A stretch of DNA of 64,000 nucleotides. Source: Eledone cirrhosa (Eukaryota). A program made the position numbers and the translations under genes. The first letter of the stretch is position 1; every line of letters begins with the position of its first letter. Shown piece after piece: positions 59,701-64,000 of the stretch. The stretch covers positions 7,812,001 through 7,876,000 of the forward strand of contig OZ024752.1 of the NCBI GenBank assembly GCA_964016885.1. The letters are read 5' to 3'. The notes beneath the pieces were generated by a model. The model did no database searches and was not told the DNA's origin. It was given only the letters and a program-made list of their open reading frames with translations.

Positions 59701-61026
59701 ACAATAGTAGAGGTAGTTAGTGTTAAGGTTAGTATAACAGTAGAGGTAGTTAGTGTTAAGGTTAATATAACAACAGTAGAGGTAGTTAGTGTTAAGGTTA
59801 GTATAACAATAGTAAAGGTAGTTAGTGTTAAGGTTAGTATAACAGTAGAGGTAGTTAGTGTTAAGGTTAGTATAACAACAGTAGATGTAGTTAATGTTAA
59901 GGTTAGTATAACAATAGTAGAGGTAGTTAGTGTTAAGGTTAATATAACAACAGTAGAGGTAGTTAGTGTTAAGGTTAGTATAACAATAGTAAAGGTAGTT
60001 AGTGTTAAGGTTAATATAACAGTAGATGTAGTTAGTGTTAAGGTTAGTATAACAGTAGATGTAGTTAGTGTTAAGGTTAATATAACAACAGTAGAGGTAG
60101 TTAGTGTTAAGGTTAGTATAACAGTAGAGGTAGTTAGTGTTAAGGTTAGTATAACAATAGTAGAGGTAGTTAGTGTTAAGGTTAATATAACAACAGTAGA
60201 GGTAGTTAGTGTTAAGGTTAGTATAACAGTAGAGGTAGTTAGTGTTAAGGTTAGTATAACAGTAGAGGTAGTTAGTGTTAAGGTTAGTATAACAATAGTA
60301 AAGGTAGTTAGTGTTAAGGTTAATATAACAACAGTAGAGGTAGTTAGTGTTAAGGTTAGTATAACAATAGTAAAGGTAGTTAGTGTTAAGGTTAATATAA
60401 CAACAGTAGATGTAGTTAGTGTTAAGGTTAATATAACAACAGTAGAGGTAGTTAGTGTTAAGGTTAGTATAACAGTAGAGGTAGTTAGTGTTAAGGTTAG
60501 TATAACAGTAGAGGTAGTTAGTGTTAAGGTTAATATAACAACAATAGATGTAGTTAGTGTTAAGGTTAATATAACAACAGTAGAGGTAGTTCGTGTTAAA
60601 GTTAGTATAACAATAGAGGTAGTTAGTGTTAAGGTTAATATAACAACAGTAGAGGTAGTTCGTGTTAAAGTTAGTATAACAATAGAGGTAGTTAGTGTTA
60701 AGGTTAATATAACAACAGTAGAGGTAGTTAGTGTTAAGGTTAGTATAACAGTAGAGGTAGTTAGTGTTAAGGTTAGTATAACAACAGTAGTGGTAGTTAG
60801 TGTTAAGGTTAGTATAACAATAGTAGATGTAGTTAGTGTTAAGGTTAGTATAACAGTAGAGGTAGTTAGTGTTAAGGTTAGTATAACAACAGTAGAGGTA
60901 GTTAGTGTTAAGGTTAGTATAACAACAGTAGAGGTAGTTAGTGTTAAGGTTAGTATAACAGTAGAGGTAGTTAGTGTTAAGGTTAGTATAACAATAGAGG
61001 TAGTTAGTGTTAAGGTTAGTATAACA
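56776..61026. repeat. 33/36-bp minisatellite, about 4.25 kb, in a UBA3 intron
   Basis: (gttagtgttaaggttagtata[aca]acagtagaggta)n. Confidence 0.97.
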
Positions 61027-61314
61027 TTTAAATTGTTTATAGAAGTAGTTTAGTAAATATTGAGGACTGGGGAGGGGAGATAGAATTAGTGTAACTGTAT
61101 GTTTGTGAAAGAGTGAGAGTGTAAAGAAAAGAGAGAGGGTGTGTAAATCAAAGGAGAGAGAGAAAGCAAGAGAAATAAAGAGTATAAAGCAAAGGAGAGA
61201 GAGAGAGAGAGAGTGAGAGATAGGTAAAGTGTTGAGAGAAAAGAGAAAAGGATGGTAAATGATGACAAGGAAAGAGAGAAAGTGAGATGAAAGGCCATGA
61301 AATAGAGAATATAC

Positions 61315-61368
61315 CTGCTATGACAGCGTTTGTTGAAGCTACAGCTGGGATAATCCTCTTTACTACAC
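61315..61368 (-). CDS. UBA3: UBA3 exon (54 nt)
   Basis: GVVKRIIPAVASTNAVIA is the highly conserved UBA3 motif; ttcag acceptor, G|gtat donor. Confidence 0.96.
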
Positions 61369-61499
61369 CTGAACAGGAAAAAAAAATATATTTAATTTTT
61401 ATACAATGCAATAAGTGTTCTACGGTCATTTTCTCTGCTAAAACAGGGGTTAATCTCGAGATCCCCATTACAAACTTCTACATTTTGTCTCATGGTTTC

Positions 61500-61657
61500 C
61501 CTTCATCAATCTCCTGGCTTCCCCTCACCAATCTCCTGGTTTCCCCTTCACCAATCTCCTGGCTTCCCCTTCACCAATCTCCTGGCTTCCCCTTCACCAA
61601 TCTCCTGGCTTCCCCTTCACCAATCTCCTGGCTTCCCCTCACCAATCTCCTGGCTTC
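61500..61657. repeat. 23-bp minisatellite
   Basis: (tcaccaatctcctggcttcccct)n. Confidence 0.9.
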
Positions 61658-62002
61658 CAGTTTTACCTCCATGTTTAGACATGTCTTTCTTCTTCTTCCT
61701 CCTTTAACATTTGTTCACATCACTTCTCTCCTCACCCAGTCACTTTCATCCTTCCTCAACACATCACCCAGCCCTGCCTCTATTCCTCCTTCCTCAACAC
61801 ATGACCCAGCCATCTCATTCTATTTCTCTTCATGACATTCACTACTGGTTCTATTCCAATTATTAATGAGACAATTTTCAAAATGTCTTCTCCATTCTAT
61901 TGCAAAACCTAACAAGTATTCCTGTTCTGGTGCAGCACAACATTCAAGATGGCACTGCTACTTAGACTAAATCACAACAGAATAAATAGAATGTTCTGCT
62001 AC

Positions 62003-62116
62003 CTTGAGTTAACCGATATGTGACGCCAGGTATGTTGTATTCGTTTGCTCTTTCTGTAGACTTTTCATAAATCCATTTGATATGATCTGGATCATCTCCA
62101 TCAATGACAACACTCG
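62003..62116 (-). CDS. UBA3: NEDD8-activating enzyme E1 catalytic subunit, internal exon
   Basis: [38 protein letters not shown] matches UBA3 DGDDPEHIQWI...GVTYRLTQG. Upstream exons, including the catalytic Cys, lie beyond the window end. Confidence 0.95.
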
Positions 62117-62183
62117 CTGTACAATATAGAAAACATTTATTACATATGAACACTGAGTTAAGTGTTGACAAAACATACATGGG

Positions 62184-63135
62184 TTAACCGTTTCATTACC
62201 TTATTTCTAATGAAAGACCCCGTCTATGTCATTAACCCTTTCATTACCTTATTTCTAATGAAAGATACTGTCTATGTCATTAACCCTTTCATTACCATAT
62301 TTCTAATGAAAGATACTGTCTATGTCATTAACCCTTCCATTTCCATATTTCTAATAAAAGACACTGTCTATGTCTTTAACCCTTTCATTACCATATTTCT
62401 AATGAAAGACACTGTCTATGTCTTTAACCCTTTCATTACCATATTTCTAATGAAAGATACTGTCTATGTCTTTAACCCTTTCATTACCATATTTCTAATG
62501 AAAGACACTGTCTATGTTTTTAACCCTTTCATTACCATATTTCTAATGAAAGACACTGTCTATGTCATTAACCCTTCCATTTCCATATTTCTAATAAAAG
62601 ACACTGTCTATGTCTTTAACCCTTTCATTACCATATTTCTAATGAAAGACACTGTCTATGTCTTTAACCCTTTCATTACCATATTTCTAATGAAAGACAC
62701 TGTCTATGTTTTTAACCCTTTCATTACCATATTTCTAATGAAAGACACTGTCTATGTCATTAACCCTTCCATTTCCATATTTCTAATAAAAGACACTGTC
62801 TATGTCTTTAACCCTTTCATTACCATATTTCTAATGAAAGACACTGTCTATGTTTTTAACCCTTTCATTACCATATTTCTCATGAAAGACACTGTCTATG
62901 TCTTTAACCCTTTCATTACCATATTTCTAATAAAAGACAGTCTATGTCTTTAACCCTTTCATTACCATATTTCTAATGAAAGACACTGTCTATGTTTTTA
63001 ACCCTTTCATTACCATATTTCTCATGAAAGACACTGTCTATGTCTTTAACCCTTTCATTACCATATTTCTAATGAGAGACACTGTCTATGTCATTAACCC
63101 TTTCATTACCATATTTCTAATGAAAGAAACTGTCT
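62184..63135. repeat. 48-bp minisatellite built from a TTAA-MITE terminus
   Basis: (ttaaccctttcattaccatatttctaatgaaagacactgtctatgtct)n, about 20 copies. Confidence 0.93.
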
Positions 63136-63566
63136 AGGACTTTAGAATAATTCTTCAAAATAATGAAGAATTTGGAAGAATCTTATTATTGGGTTGCTGT
63201 TTGGGACATAACTTTACAAAGGTTCTAACATGAGACTATGATGGAAGGTTTTTAGATAAATATAAATACTTTAAAATAAATAGTTTAATATTATAGAAGA
63301 AGCTGTTATCAAAAGAGTTAAGACCATATTGTCTGCCGAGTCTGCGACAGATTTCATATTCTTTAGGGGCGATTTTGAGGCAATGCTTTACAGCCAGATA
63401 TCCTTCATGTTACCAACCTTTTATGGTGCCTCTTACAACACTAGAAATATGGTAATGAAAGATTTTAACCTTTAGCATGCTAGTAACTTTTAGTTGCTTC
63501 TCTTGACACAGCATTATCCATTGAGGGGAGATTACTCTATGGGGCCCTCTGTTGCCGACAGCACGT

Positions 63567-64000
63567 TAACCCTTTACCATTTACATTACTCTATATATAC
63601 TATTGTATTTTCACAATAAAGGCTTTATCTCACATAACATTTACATTTCTCTATATATACTATTGTATTTTCATTGTAAAGGCTTTACCTCACATAATAT
63701 CTCACATAACATTTACATTACTCTATATATACTATTGTATTTTCACAGTAAAGGCTTTACCTCACATAATATCTCACACAACATTTACATTACTCTATAT
63801 ATACTATTGTATTTTCACAGTAAAGGCTTTACCTCACATAACATTTACATTACTCTATATATACTATTGTATTTTCATAGTAAAGGCTTTACCTCACATA
63901 ATGTTGAATCTATGAGATTTTGATATTATTTATTTTGAGAACAATACCTTAACATAAGTATGGGAAGCCAGTTACGGCTGGTTTGAACAGAAAGAGGTGA
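63567..64000 (-). mobile_element. piggyBac-like MITE with internal repeats (runs off the window)
   Basis: TTAACCCTTTACCATTTACA end, 60-72-bp repeats, reverse-complement body. Confidence 0.75.

Noticed and set aside
56773-61053. 1426-aa Val/Ser/Lys/Thr ORF
   Set aside because: Translation of a 33/36-bp minisatellite antisense to a UBA3 intron. The frame stays open only because length variants are ACA triplets; there is no ATG or unique domain.
62162-62953. 263-aa hydrophobic repeat ORF
   Set aside because: 48-bp tandem repeat of a transposon end.

Overview
AT-rich, extremely repeat-dense eukaryotic genomic DNA. The SINE/RTE/(TA)n landscape suggests a coleoid cephalopod, probably Octopus (inference). 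Two genes could be rebuilt exon by exon with consistent phases. (1) A complete 11-exon FBXO7 on + (ATG 22717 to TAA 45094, about 442 aa: Ubl, FP/PI31-like, F-box and Pro-rich domains), with an ETS site about 100 bp upstream. (2) The last 7 coding exons of UBA3 (NEDD8 E1 catalytic subunit) on - (62116 to 53317), convergent with FBXO7. Upstream, a phase-consistent chain of small unique-sequence islands (4722-20177) may be an unrecognised micro-exon gene; this is low confidence. The rest is CR1, RTE and R2/R4-like LINE fragments, tRNA-derived SINEs, TTAA (piggyBac-like) and hAT MITEs, and many minisatellites. Several minisatellites can be traced to pieces of transposons, several abut splice acceptors and lack AG on the sense strand, and some flip orientation at (TA)n tracts. 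All long ORFs in the supplied track outside the LINEs are repeat artefacts. No CRISPR, rRNA or true tRNA was seen. Repeat boundaries are approximate; exon boundaries were read by hand.
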